Assembly (NCBI GenBank): GCA_963555825.3
Contig: CAUVXB020000002.1
Span: forward strand, 1,536,001-1,600,000
DNA length: 64,000 bases
Source of the DNA: Alphaproteobacteria bacterium
GTDB taxonomy: Bacteria > Pseudomonadota > Alphaproteobacteria > JAAXGF01
Direction: 5' to 3'
The notes below the pieces were generated by a model, which worked only from the letters and a program-made list of their open reading frames with translations, did not search any database and had not been told where the DNA came from. The translations under genes and the position numbers were made by a program. Below are positions 39,865-50,261 of this stretch, in pieces. How positions within the stretch are numbered: position 1 is the stretch's first letter; the number at the start of each line of letters is the position of its first letter.

Positions 39865-40005
39865 AGGTTTCGCCAATGGCCGCCTCGGGTCGACAGCCGG
39901 AGTGCCGACGGCCCCGCGCCAAGGTCTGCCGTTGGGCGCAACGCAGACATGACCCGGCGAAAAGCGGACGTCCTGGGTGTCGGTTCGGCGGGATGCCAAA
40001 CCAGG
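39865..40005 (-). repeat. ATGTCTGC-type repeat (family D), right island border
   Basis: Inverted homologue of 35370-35505; GCAGACAT at 39943-39950. Confidence 0.75.
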
Positions 40006-40081
40006 ACTCCGGCCGAATTCGGTTGCATTCGCCGGCGTTGGTCGCGAGGATTCGGCCAGTGCAGTTTGCGGGGGTCGGCCC

Positions 40082-40933
40082 ATGACACCGGACGCCGCCG
40101 ATATCGTCGATACCGAGACCTACCCGGTCGATCGGCCGGGCACGCCGCGTTACGCGGCGATGATCGCCGACGTCCGCGCCGAACTCGGCGAGGTCGGCTG
40201 CGCGCCGCTCGCCGGCTTCGTGCGCGCGGACAGGGTCGGCGCGCTCATTGCCGAGGCCGACCGGGTGGCGCCACTGGCGCACCGCTCGTTCAACCGCACC
40301 AATGCCTATTTTTCCGAAGACGACCCGACGCTGCCCGCCAGCCACCCGCTGCGCCGCTTCTATGACCGCTCGAACGCCTTCGTGCCGGCCGACAACTTCG
40401 GCGCCGCGAGCCCCTTGCGCGCGATCTATCAGTGGGCGCCGTTCATGCCGTTCATCCGCGACGCGCTGGGCGGGGCGGAAATCCACCGCTACGCCGATCC
40501 GCTGGCCGATGTCATCATCAACGCGGTCGAGCCGGGCGGCGGCTTCCCCTGGCACTTCGACACTAACGACTACACGGTGACGCTGGCGATCCAGAACGCC
40601 GAGCGCGGCGGCCTGTTCGAATACCGCCCTAACTTGCGGACCGCCGAGGACGAGAACTACGACGGCGTCCAGGCGATCCTCGACGGCGGTCGCGACGGCG
40701 TCCGCTCGCTGGCGCTTCGGCCCGGCGATCTGCAGATCTTCAAGGGGCGCTTCTCGCTGCATCGGGTGTCGCCGACCGAGGGCGCGCGGCCGCGCTACGT
40801 CGGCATCTATTCCTTCGTCGACGCGCCCGGCATGGTCGGCCGCGTCGAGCGCACCCGCCAACTCTACGGCCGCGTCCTGCCGATCCACCGCGACCGCGAT
40901 GCGGCGGCACGCGCCGACGGGCTGCGGGACTGA
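40082..40933 (+). CDS. Fe(II)/2-oxoglutarate oxygenase (HalD/BesD-like fold, HxD hydroxylase type)
   Basis: FPWHFD, GGLFEY, PGDLQIFKG..SLHRV, R motif. Confidence 0.8.
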   Translation: MTPDAADIVDTETYPVDRPGTPRYAAMIADVRAELGEVGCAPLAGFVRADRVGALIAEADRVAPLAHRSFNRTNAYFSEDDPTLPASHPLRRFYDRSNAFVPADNFGAASPLRAIYQWAPFMPFIRDALGGAEIHRYADPLADVIINAVEPGGGFPWHFDTNDYTVTLAIQNAERGGLFEYRPNLRTAEDENYDGVQAILDGGRDGVRSLALRPGDLQIFKGRFSLHRVSPTEGARPRYVGIYSFVDAPGMVGRVERTRQLYGRVLPIHRDRDAAARADGLRD

Positions 40934-40943
40934 TTGGTTACGG

Positions 40944-41068
40944 CCACCTTTACTGCGTAAAGGTGGCCTGCGCTCAATCGCCGCGCATGCTTCCGCCGAA
41001 CGGTCGGCGGCCCGCAGTCGCGGGCTGGAAGGTTTCAATTAGTACGAATCGACTCGATTATGCGCTCA
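40944..41068 (-). repeat. Repeat family A, copy 2 (internally shortened)
   Basis: GCGCTCAATCGCCGCGCA and GCCGAACGGTCGGCGGCCC cores; end overlaps the Lrp stop codon. Confidence 0.8.
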
Positions 41069-41539
41069 CAACGCATAATCGACCGGCAGCGCCGTCGTGT
41101 GCTTGATGCGCTCCATGGCGAAGGTCGAGCTGACGTCCGACAGCTCGACGGTGGCGATGAGGCGCTGGTAGATCGCGTCGTAGCCGGCGATGTCGGGCAC
41201 CACGACGCGCATCAGGTAGTCGATGTCGCCGCTCATGCGGTAGAGCTCGACGATCTCGGGGATGGCGGCGACCGCGGCGGCGAACTTCTCGAGCCAGGCG
41301 GCGTTGTGCTGGGCGGTTCTGATGTGGACGAAGACGGTGACGCCGAGGTTGAGCTTGTCGGGGTCCAAGAGCGCGACGCGGCCGGCGATGACGCCCTCGC
41401 GCTCGAGCCGCTGGATGCGCCGCCAACACGGCGTCGTCGACAAGCCGACCCGCTCGGCGATCTCGGCGACCGGCATCGTCGCGTCGCGTTGCAGGCATAT
41501 GAGAATCTTGCGGTCGATCGTATCGAGAGAGGTTTTCAT
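41066..41539 (-). CDS. Lrp/AsnC family transcriptional regulator (DecR-like)
   Basis: LDTIDRKIL...GLSTTPCWRRIQRLE; YRMSGDIDY. Confidence 0.93.
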   Translation of the reverse strand: MKTSLDTIDRKILICLQRDATMPVAEIAERVGLSTTPCWRRIQRLEREGVIAGRVALLDPDKLNLGVTVFVHIRTAQHNAAWLEKFAAAVAAIPEIVELYRMSGDIDYLMRVVVPDIAGYDAIYQRLIATVELSDVSSTFAMERIKHTTALPVDYAL

Positions 41540-41632
41540 ATCTTTATTTCAGATATATTGAGAATTAATTTCTAAATATAGTCCATTCAGAGGTAAATTC
41601 GCAATAAGATTCCGCCGCATCCGGTATATCTT

Positions 41633-41899
41633 GTGGCCATGATGAAACGCCTGTTCACCGACCACCCCGCCGCCGTCGGCGAGAGCTACACCGAGCATCT
41701 GGGCATGGCCGGCCGCTTCGCCGGCCGCATGCTGCTCGGCGCCGCCGCCTGTCTAGTTCACGCGCTGTTGCCGTTCCTGTTCGTCAAGACCGGCAGCGCG
41801 ATCATCACCGAGCTTCACGGCCGCATGGTGACCAACCGCGACCGCCTAGAGACGGCGCCGGCGGCCGACCGCGACCTGGCGCCCCAGGGCTCCGACTGA
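41633..41899 (+). CDS. DUF6356-like small protein
   Basis: FTDHP..VGESY.EH...ACLVHA..PFLF..TGS; divergent from Lrp. Confidence 0.8.
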   Translation: MAMMKRLFTDHPAAVGESYTEHLGMAGRFAGRMLLGAAACLVHALLPFLFVKTGSAIITELHGRMVTNRDRLETAPAADRDLAPQGSD

Positions 41900-42000
41900 G
41901 CCGGCGGCCAGTGCTTAACCCCTCGGCACACGACATGCTACGGTAGCGCGCCGGGCCCGTATGCCCGGCGTATCGCGTTCACGGTTGCGTGGAGGGTTCC

Positions 42001-43364
42001 GTGTCGTTGCGTTTGCCGGTGTGGCTTCGGCTGGCCTTGTTGCCGGCGTTTTATTTCGTGCTTGGCGGTGTCGGTTCCGCGCAGGCGGCCGCCGACGGCG
42101 AGCCAATCTTCAAGGTCCTGCAGTTCTACGGTCTCGGCGCCAAGGAAATCGATGCCAAGACCGAGAGTGTCGACGACGGACTGGCCTTGCCGGGACTCGA
42201 CGACATCAGCGACGCCGACATTCTCGCCAGCGAAGCGTTGCGCAAGGCGATCCGAAAATTTCACGACGACAAGGGGATCAACCGCGGCAAGTGGTCGGTC
42301 ATCAAGGCCGAGATCGAGCGGATCAGGGATATGCGGATTCTCGCGCGCACCGGCAACCGCGTGAACCTGAGGGTCGACTATCGATGGCGGCTGACCGAGT
42401 GGAGCTCACAGGGCGGCCACGACAGCGCCGAAGTCCTGGTCGAGGTGATCCCGAGCTTCTCGAACGAGACCTACGACCGCGAGCGCTATGGCGAGGCGCT
42501 GGCGGTCGAGGATTCCTACTTCGCCGACGTCGCCCGCGAGATCGCCGATCTCGGACTGGCGGCGGGCCACGACGACCGCGAATGCTTCCACAACTATCAT
42601 TCGCCCAATCCCTGCATCGAATCGATCCCGTTGTTCGAGCGCTTCGCCGCGCGACACGGGTTCGAGTTGAGCGTCGATGCCGCCTACATGTTCCAGGCCT
42701 TCGTGCGCGGCGAGTACGGCCGCTCCGACCGGCTCTACGCCCGCGCCAAGGGCTACACGCTGCCAACATATGAGGGCGTCGGCACCGAGGTCGCCGCGCT
42801 TGGCCTGCGCGACCACATGAACGGGGGCGGGGAATTCCCGAATTGCGACTACAACTACTACTCGCCCAATCCCTGTGCCGGCGTTATCCGGCTGTGGCAG
42901 GACTTCGCCGAGCGCCATGGCCTCGGCCTGTCGCGCACCAGCGCCGACATGTTCGAGGCCTATGTCGAGGGCGCTTATCGCCGGGGTGACCGCCTGTACC
43001 GCGCCGCCAAAGGCATCGCCGAGAACGATTACATCGGCCCCGGCGTGGCGGTCATGGGCTCGGCCTCGATCCCTCATTCGACCTCGACCGCGAATGCCGG
43101 CACGACCCGACCTCGCCGAATCGCTGCGTCACCTCGATCGTCGAGCTCGAGGAATTCGCCGCCGAACACGGCCTGCCGCTCGACCGCGACACCGCCGAGA
43201 TCTTCCAGGCCTATATCCGCCACCAGATCCGCAAGGGCGATGAAATGTACGCGCGCGCCAAGGGCATCCCGCTCGAGGCTGTCGGCGACCCGGACTACCA
43301 GCCGTTCGAGCCGCCCGAGCTGATCATCGACATCGTGCCGAGGCGCCGATCACCGGCGCCCTAA
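42001..43364 (+). pseudogene. Secreted Cys-pair repeat protein, paralog 1 (1-bp frameshift near 43057, real or sequencing error)
   Basis: GGAGG RBS, signal peptide ending AQA; ATGGGCTC vs ATGGCGCTC in paralog 2; shifted frame matches paralog 2 to TAA 43364. Confidence 0.8.
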
Positions 43365-43481
43365 GCGAGACAGATAGCGCCTCTCAGTCTTTGCTAATAT
43401 GGCGTTTCGGATGTCGCTATCCGGCGGTCATGACGTGAGAACGATTGGAATCAACCCGTGTCGATACGGCGATCTCGAGGG

Positions 43482-44843
43482 GTGTGGCGTGTGGCTCGAG
43501 TGGTTCGCCTTGGGGCGTTTTGGCTCGCGCTTGCCTGTCCGCCGGCGGTCGCCGGCATGGACGACGAAGCGGTTTACAAGGTCCTGCAGTTTTACGGCCT
43601 CGGCGGTACGGAGATTGATCCGAAGACGCAAGGCGTCGAAGGTGGCGTGTTCCTACCGGGGATCGACGCGATCAGCGACGAAGAAATCCTCGACAGCAAG
43701 GTTCTTCGCACGGCTATCCGCCGCCATTTCAGGAGCAAGGGCATTGCTCATCGCAAACATCTATACTCGATTAGCGTGATCGAGAAAATTACCGGCGCGA
43801 AGGTGCTCGCGCGCTCGGGGAACCGCGCAAATTTGAAAATCGACTATTATTGGATTGCGATCGATCAGCCTAACGTCAGTGGCCATGACCGCGCCGAGGT
43901 GCTGATCGAGATCATCGCCAACTTCTCGAATGAAGTCTACGAGCGCGAGCGTTACGGCCAGCCGCTGGTGATCGAGGATTCATACTTCCCGGACATCGCC
44001 CGCGAAATCGCGGACCTCGGGCTCGCGGTGGGTCGCGACGATCGCGAATGCGTGCACAACTATCATTCGCCCAACCCCTGCGTCGAATCGATCCCGTTGT
44101 TCGAGCGCTTCGCCGCGCAACACGGTCTGCCGTTGGATGTCGACGCGGCGTACATGTTTCAGGCCTTCGTGCGTGGCGAGTACGGCCGCGCCGACCGGCT
44201 CTACGCCCGCGCCAAGGGCTACACGCTGCCAACATACGAGGGCATCGGCACCGAGGTCGCCGCGCTCGTCCTCGAGGTGTATGCGACACACTCGCAAGAG
44301 AGCGCGCACAAGGAGGGCGGCTGCCAGTTCAACTACTATGACGCCAACCCGTGTCGCGGCGTGATCCCGGTATGGCGGGCGTTCGCCGCGCGCCACGGGC
44401 TCGGCCTCTCGCGCCTCAGCGCCGACTTGTTCCAGGCCTACGCCGACGGCGCCTATCGCCGCGGCGATCGCCTGTACCGCATCGCCAAGGGCATCGCCGC
44501 GCCTGACTACACCGGTCCCGGCGTCGCGGTCATGGCGCTCGGCCTCGACCCGTCCTTCGATCTCGACCGCGAATGCCGGCACGACCCGACCTCGCCCAAT
44601 CGCTGCGTCACCTCGATCGTCGAGCTCGAGGAATTCGCCGCCCAACACGGCCTGCCGCTCGACTTCAATACCGCCCGGGTGTTCCAGGCCTATGTGCGCC
44701 ACGACACGGTCAGGGGCGACAGGCTGTATGCGCGCGCCAAGGGCATCCCGCTCGAGGCTGTCGGCGACCCGGACTACCAACCGTTCGAGCCACCGGAGCT
44801 GATCATCGACATCGTACCGGGCGACGCGAGCACGACACCGTGA
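43482..44843 (+). CDS. Secreted Cys-pair repeat protein, paralog 2 (unknown family)
   Basis: Signal peptide; N-domain plus three ~85-aa repeats CxxxxxxxNxC...FAAxHGL...FQA[FY]...DRLYxxAKG. Confidence 0.88.
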   Translation: MWRVARVVRLGAFWLALACPPAVAGMDDEAVYKVLQFYGLGGTEIDPKTQGVEGGVFLPGIDAISDEEILDSKVLRTAIRRHFRSKGIAHRKHLYSISVIEKITGAKVLARSGNRANLKIDYYWIAIDQPNVSGHDRAEVLIEIIANFSNEVYERERYGQPLVIEDSYFPDIAREIADLGLAVGRDDRECVHNYHSPNPCVESIPLFERFAAQHGLPLDVDAAYMFQAFVRGEYGRADRLYARAKGYTLPTYEGIGTEVAALVLEVYATHSQESAHKEGGCQFNYYDANPCRGVIPVWRAFAARHGLGLSRLSADLFQAYADGAYRRGDRLYRIAKGIAAPDYTGPGVAVMALGLDPSFDLDRECRHDPTSPNRCVTSIVELEEFAAQHGLPLDFNTARVFQAYVRHDTVRGDRLYARAKGIPLEAVGDPDYQPFEPPELIIDIVPGDASTTP

Positions 44844-45043
44844 GCGTCGCCGACCACGATCGCCGTCCGGGTGGTTTCGGCGTCCCGGCCAGCCGGTGGC
44901 GCGGCCTGAGCGTGGCCGCCTTTCTGTCGTTCGCGATGCACGCCGCGGCGATCCTGCTGGTTTGGCAATTCGTTCCCTTGCTGAGGGAATTCGAGCCCTA
45001 CGAACCCACGCCGATCCCGGTCGAGATCGTCGTCGCCCAGACC

Positions 45044-45379
<336 letters not shown>

Positions 45380-45689
45380 GTACCAGAGCCCGAATCGGAA
45401 CCTCAGCCGGTCGTCCTGCTCGAGCCGGTGCTGCTCCCCGATCTGGATCCGGTGCTCGATCTGGCGCCCGTGACGGAACCGGCGCTGGTTCCCGAACCGG
45501 AACCCGAGCCCGAACCCGAGCCGCTACCCGAGCCGCCGCCGCCCGAGCCGGAGATCGTCGCGGTGCCGCCACCACCGCCGGGGCCGAAACCGCTGCCGCC
45601 GGCGCCGCCGATCGTCGAGCAACCGGCGCCGCTGCCCGAGCAGCCGCCCGAGCCTCCTGCGCCCGAGCCCGTGGCCGAGGAGCCGCCGC

Positions 45690-47140
45690 GGCGATGTCCC
45701 GCCCAATGTTGAAAAGTGCGAGATAGGCATCGTCTGATCGAGAGGCTACGCGGCCACCTCGATGTCTTCAATGACGGACTTTGCTCCGGCCTTTCTCACC
45801 GCCTCCCGCAGGGCGGCGTCAAGGACGGGGAGCTGGCGGTAGGCCTTGAGGCGGCGGAAGGTCTTTTGCGCCTCCAAGAGGCCGGCGGCGGTCCAACGCA
45901 GCGCCATCTCGGCGTTGCGCCAGCGCTTGACGTTCCGCTGCACCGTCCGGACGGTGCCGATCGCGTTCTCGATGGCGTTGGTGCAAGCCAGCGAGTGTCG
46001 AAGTTGCGGCGGGAGGCCGAGCCGGATCACGGTCAGGATATCGTCCAGGCCCTCCAGGATCGAGCCCGAGACGCCGGGTGCGTCATGCTCCAGACGGCGG
46101 GCGAGGTTGCGCAAGAGCCGTTCGGCCTTGGCCGCGTCGTCCTGCTGCCAGGCCTGCCGCAAGACCTTCCTGACGCCGGCATGGAGGCTCTCGTCCAGCC
46201 GGTCCGTGATGTTGCGCCCCTTGTGCACCTGGCAGCGCTGGAGGGCCGCCGCCCGCCCGAAGGTCCGCCGGATCGCCTTCGAGAGCGCCTTGGCGCCGTC
46301 GACGATGTAGAGCCGAGGCCGTTCGGGATCGAGACCGCGCTCGATCAGGTTGTCGAGCATGGCTTGCACCGTGGCCGCGTTCTCCGTCGCGCCCTCGGCC
46401 AGGCCCAGCACGTGCTTCGCGCCGCCGGTGTCGATGCCGATCGCCGCCACCATCAGGTGATCGCCGACATGGAGCCCGTCGATCTGGAGCACCACGAGAT
46501 CGAGATCGTCGAGCGGGCTCGCCAGCCAGGCCTTCAGCTTGCTTCGCGTCAACGCCACGAAACGGCGCGAGACCGCCGACTTCGAGGTTGCGTCACCCGA
46601 TGCCGCCGGCAGATCGCCGCCCGCATCGTCCGGCAGGCGCACCGCGCGGGCATACTTGCGGGTCGAGACGTTGATCACCATCAGATTCATCGCCCAGGCT
46701 TGCAAGAGTTCGGGTTCCGACAGCAGCTCCCAACTCGGCAGGCTCATCTCCCGACCCGCGAAGTCCCGCACCCGAGGGCGCTCGACCTTCACTTTGCCGC
46801 CGTGGTAGGCGATCTCGCTCCGGGTCGTGCCCCATCGATGGCCCTTGCGCTCGCCCGAGCGGGCGTGGCGCGAACCGCACAAGGCTTCCGCGTCCGCCGA
46901 CATCATCTCGTTCAAAGACTCGAGGCCCGCCAAAAGGCAGAAGCGATCGACGCTCATGCGCAGATCGTCGAAGGCCTCCGGCATCGATGGCAAGAGCCGA
47001 CAGGATGGTTCCGAGGAACGGTCGTTGCGTGTAGTCTTGGTCATGGCGTCGTTCTCCTTGATGGAATCAGCACCCAGAGCCTAGCGGCTCCAGGCGGACG
47101 ACGCCTACTTCAGCTTTTCAACAGAGCCCGGGACATCCCC
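45690..47140 (-). mobile_element. IS256 family element
   Basis: TIRs GGCGATGTCCCG..TGTTGAAAAG / CTTTTCAACA..CGGGACATCCCC; 8-bp TSD GCCGCCGC at 45682-45689 and 47141-47148. Confidence 0.95.
45746..47044 (-). CDS. IS256 family transposase
   Basis: QIDG, IVDGAKAL, QRCQVHK, TNAIE; intact. Confidence 0.95.
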   Translation of the reverse strand: MTKTTRNDRSSEPSCRLLPSMPEAFDDLRMSVDRFCLLAGLESLNEMMSADAEALCGSRHARSGERKGHRWGTTRSEIAYHGGKVKVERPRVRDFAGREMSLPSWELLSEPELLQAWAMNLMVINVSTRKYARAVRLPDDAGGDLPAASGDATSKSAVSRRFVALTRSKLKAWLASPLDDLDLVVLQIDGLHVGDHLMVAAIGIDTGGAKHVLGLAEGATENAATVQAMLDNLIERGLDPERPRLYIVDGAKALSKAIRRTFGRAAALQRCQVHKGRNITDRLDESLHAGVRKVLRQAWQQDDAAKAERLLRNLARRLEHDAPGVSGSILEGLDDILTVIRLGLPPQLRHSLACTNAIENAIGTVRTVQRNVKRWRNAEMALRWTAAGLLEAQKTFRRLKAYRQLPVLDAALREAVRKAGAKSVIEDIEVAA

Positions 47141-47709
47141 GCCGCCGCCGCCCGAGCCTGTGACCGAGGAACCGCCACCCGAGGTCGTCGCGGTCGAGCC
47201 CGAGGAGTCCGAAGACGAGATGTCGCCCGCGCTCGCCGCCATCATGGCCGCCGTTCAGGCGCAGATGCTGCCGTGCTGGCAGGACGACCCATCGCGCCGC
47301 GCCACGACGCCGCCGGTGCTGATCGACGTGACGCTCAACCGCAACGGCTCGGTGCGTCGGGCGCAAATCCAGGACCTCGAGAAGCTGCGCGCCGACCCGG
47401 CGATGGGTGGCGTTGCGGAGGCGGCGCGCGGCGCGGTCCTCGCCTGCAGCCCTTTCGACCTGCCGCGCCGCGACTATCGGCTGTGGCAGCAGATGACGTT
47501 GCGCTTTTACCCGCCGTAACGGCGGCGCGCCGGCACGGGATGGCGGCAGTGCCGCGGCGTAACCGCGGCGTGACTTGGGCGCCGCGCCCGCGGGCAGCGC
47601 CATGTCGATCGCGTCGCGCCTCAGCCGACCGTAACGCGTCGGCCGTCGACCGCGACGTCAATAATTTCGTGCCGTCCCTCTGCGTCGGCGGCCGCCATGG
47701 CGGTGGATC

Positions 47710-48129
<420 letters not shown>

Positions 48130-48156
48130 GGTGTTTTCCTTCCCTTATTAATCTTT

Positions 48157-48302
48157 CGGTCATCTTTACTACGTAAAGCTGACCCGCGCTCAATCGCCGC
48201 GCATGCCAATCTTTATCCCACAACGACTGGCCGAACGGTCGGCGGCCCGCGGTCGCGGGCTGGAAGAAGCCGACTGAGATCAATCGGCCGGATTGCACTC
48301 TA
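48157..48302 (-). repeat. Repeat family A, copy 3
   Basis: Both cores present; CTCTA end supplies the TAG stop of the Rieske gene. Confidence 0.85.
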
Positions 48303-49442
48303 TCCAGCCCTCGCGTCTTCAAGCGCCGCGCCGAGCAGCTTGTGGAACCGGTTGACGCTGGTCTCCCAGGCCGGCGACAGCAGCCCGCCGTCGTCCATCA
48401 CCGGCGAGGCGCGGCCGGCCTGCAGGCGCTCGACGATGCCATGATCCTCGCCATGCACGCGGCGCCACAGCGTGGCCAGCTTGTCGATCTCGTCGGCGCC
48501 GGGCGGGTCGTCGCCGAGGTGATAGATGACGCGCCACTGGCGCGTGCGGTCGGGCGCCTCCGGCACGTTCAGGTGCACGCCGATCTGGTCGGGCGCATAG
48601 TGGCCGAAGACGAAATTGGGGTAGAGCGTGAGGTAGAGCGAGCTCATGTCGAGCGCGTTGGCGAGCGGCGGCCGGTGGTTCTCGGCGCGCTCGGCGTTGA
48701 CATCGATGGCGCAACCGAAACAGGTCCCGCCGTCGATCATGTAATGCTCGCGCAGGGGCTGGCCGGCCGCCGATTGCGCATGCACGACGGGCACGTGGTA
48801 GGGCTCGACGAAGTTCTCGACCAGGAACTTCCAGTTCGCATTGACCGTGCCGAGGTCGAGCTTGACCAGCGGCGTCATCGCCCCTAGGTCGATGCCGCCG
48901 AGCCGGGCGACCAACGGCGCGAGGTGGTCTTCGATCGGCGGCGCCGTGCCGTCCAGGTTGACGAATATCCAGTCATGCCAGACGGCGCAGCGGACCGGCA
49001 CGAGGCCATGGGCGGCGCGATCGAGACCCTCGACATGCGGCACGCGGTAGCCGCCGAAGTGGGGCGTCGCCTTGAGCCGGCCGTCGAGGTCGTAGGTCCA
49101 GGCATGGTAAGGGCAGATCAATGCGGTGAGACCCCGGCACGGCGCGCCGACCACGATGTGGCCGCGGTGGCGGCAGACGTTGTGGAATGCGCGGATGTCG
49201 CCAGCCGCGTTGCGCAGCAGCACGATTGGCTGGCCAGCGGCCGTGACCGGCCGCGCGTCGCCGGTGTCGGCGAGTTCGTGGGCGAAGCCGACGAAGCACC
49301 AGGACGGCGCGAAGACGCGCGCGTACTCGGCGGCAAGCACCGCGCGCTCGGTGTAGGCGCCGCGCGGCAGACCGTGCATCACGCCCCCCGCGTTCTGCTC
49401 GATTCGCGCCGCCGCCGTCATCGTGTCCGCCAATTCCGACAT
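48300..49442 (-). CDS. Rieske non-heme iron oxygenase alpha subunit (choline monooxygenase-like)
   Basis: NVCRHRG...CPYHAW; NWK..VENFVEPYHVPVVH; ED. Confidence 0.92.
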   Translation of the reverse strand: MSELADTMTAAARIEQNAGGVMHGLPRGAYTERAVLAAEYARVFAPSWCFVGFAHELADTGDARPVTAAGQPIVLLRNAAGDIRAFHNVCRHRGHIVVGAPCRGLTALICPYHAWTYDLDGRLKATPHFGGYRVPHVEGLDRAAHGLVPVRCAVWHDWIFVNLDGTAPPIEDHLAPLVARLGGIDLGAMTPLVKLDLGTVNANWKFLVENFVEPYHVPVVHAQSAAGQPLREHYMIDGGTCFGCAIDVNAERAENHRPPLANALDMSSLYLTLYPNFVFGHYAPDQIGVHLNVPEAPDRTRQWRVIYHLGDDPPGADEIDKLATLWRRVHGEDHGIVERLQAGRASPVMDDGGLLSPAWETSVNRFHKLLGAALEDARAG

Positions 49443-49668
49443 CGCCGATCCCCCGCGCAACTGTGCCACCGTGGGGCGTCGCGCGCAAAGCGATTCCGCA
49501 CCGCCGCCCGCGGCCCGAGCAACGGACCCGCGTTACGCGATCAGCCGTACTATAGCGAAAAATCTATTGCAAACGTAGTTTTCTTGCCATATTTTACGAA
49601 TAACACAATAATAATATGGTCGTGATACGTAGTTCGTATTTCTGGCGTGATCTCGGAAATCGCAGGGG

Positions 49669-50217
49669 GTGGCGGTGATCAAGCAGCAGAGGGTCGATCT
49701 GGCCGCGCGGCCGACGGCGGGCGGCGGTGAGGGCGCGCCGCGCTCGGCCGCGCTGGCGTCGCCCTCGGACCACCTCAACCGCGCCATCATCGGCCTCCTG
49801 CAAGAGGACGGCCGGCTGCCCTTCAAGACCATCGCCGAGCGACTCGACGTCTCGGAGGGCACGGTGCGCAACCGGGTCGGCTGGATGAAGCGGGCCGGCA
49901 TGCTGCGCATCGTCGCGGTCGCCGACCCGGCGGCGTTGGACTACCGCGCCGACGCCATGCTGGGCGTCACGGTGGCGCCCGGCGCGACGCCGGCGCGCGT
50001 CGCCGAGCGCCTCGCGGTGCACGGCGAGGTGGTCTACATCCTGTGGGTCGCGGGGCGCTTCGACCTGCTTGTCGAGATCGTCTGCGAATCCGAAGACGAA
50101 TTCCTGAACTTCCTGGCGAACCATTGTTTCGACCAGACCGACATCGGGCGGCTCGAGGTCATGACCGGGCTCGCCATGTACAAGAACCAGTTCCTGCTCA
50201 AGCAGGCGGTTCGCTGA
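49669..50217 (+). CDS. Lrp/AsnC family transcriptional regulator
   Basis: LQEDGR.PF..IA..L.VSEGTVRNRV; GRFDL. Confidence 0.9.
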   Translation: MAVIKQQRVDLAARPTAGGGEGAPRSAALASPSDHLNRAIIGLLQEDGRLPFKTIAERLDVSEGTVRNRVGWMKRAGMLRIVAVADPAALDYRADAMLGVTVAPGATPARVAERLAVHGEVVYILWVAGRFDLLVEIVCESEDEFLNFLANHCFDQTDIGRLEVMTGLAMYKNQFLLKQAVR

Positions 50218-50261
50218 GCACGGCACGGCCGGCCACCGGACATCGATAGGAGGGGACCAAG

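Noticed and set aside
40082-40933. BesD-type radical halogenase
   Set aside because: It retains the HxD carboxylate (WHFD); halogenases have Gly or Ala there.
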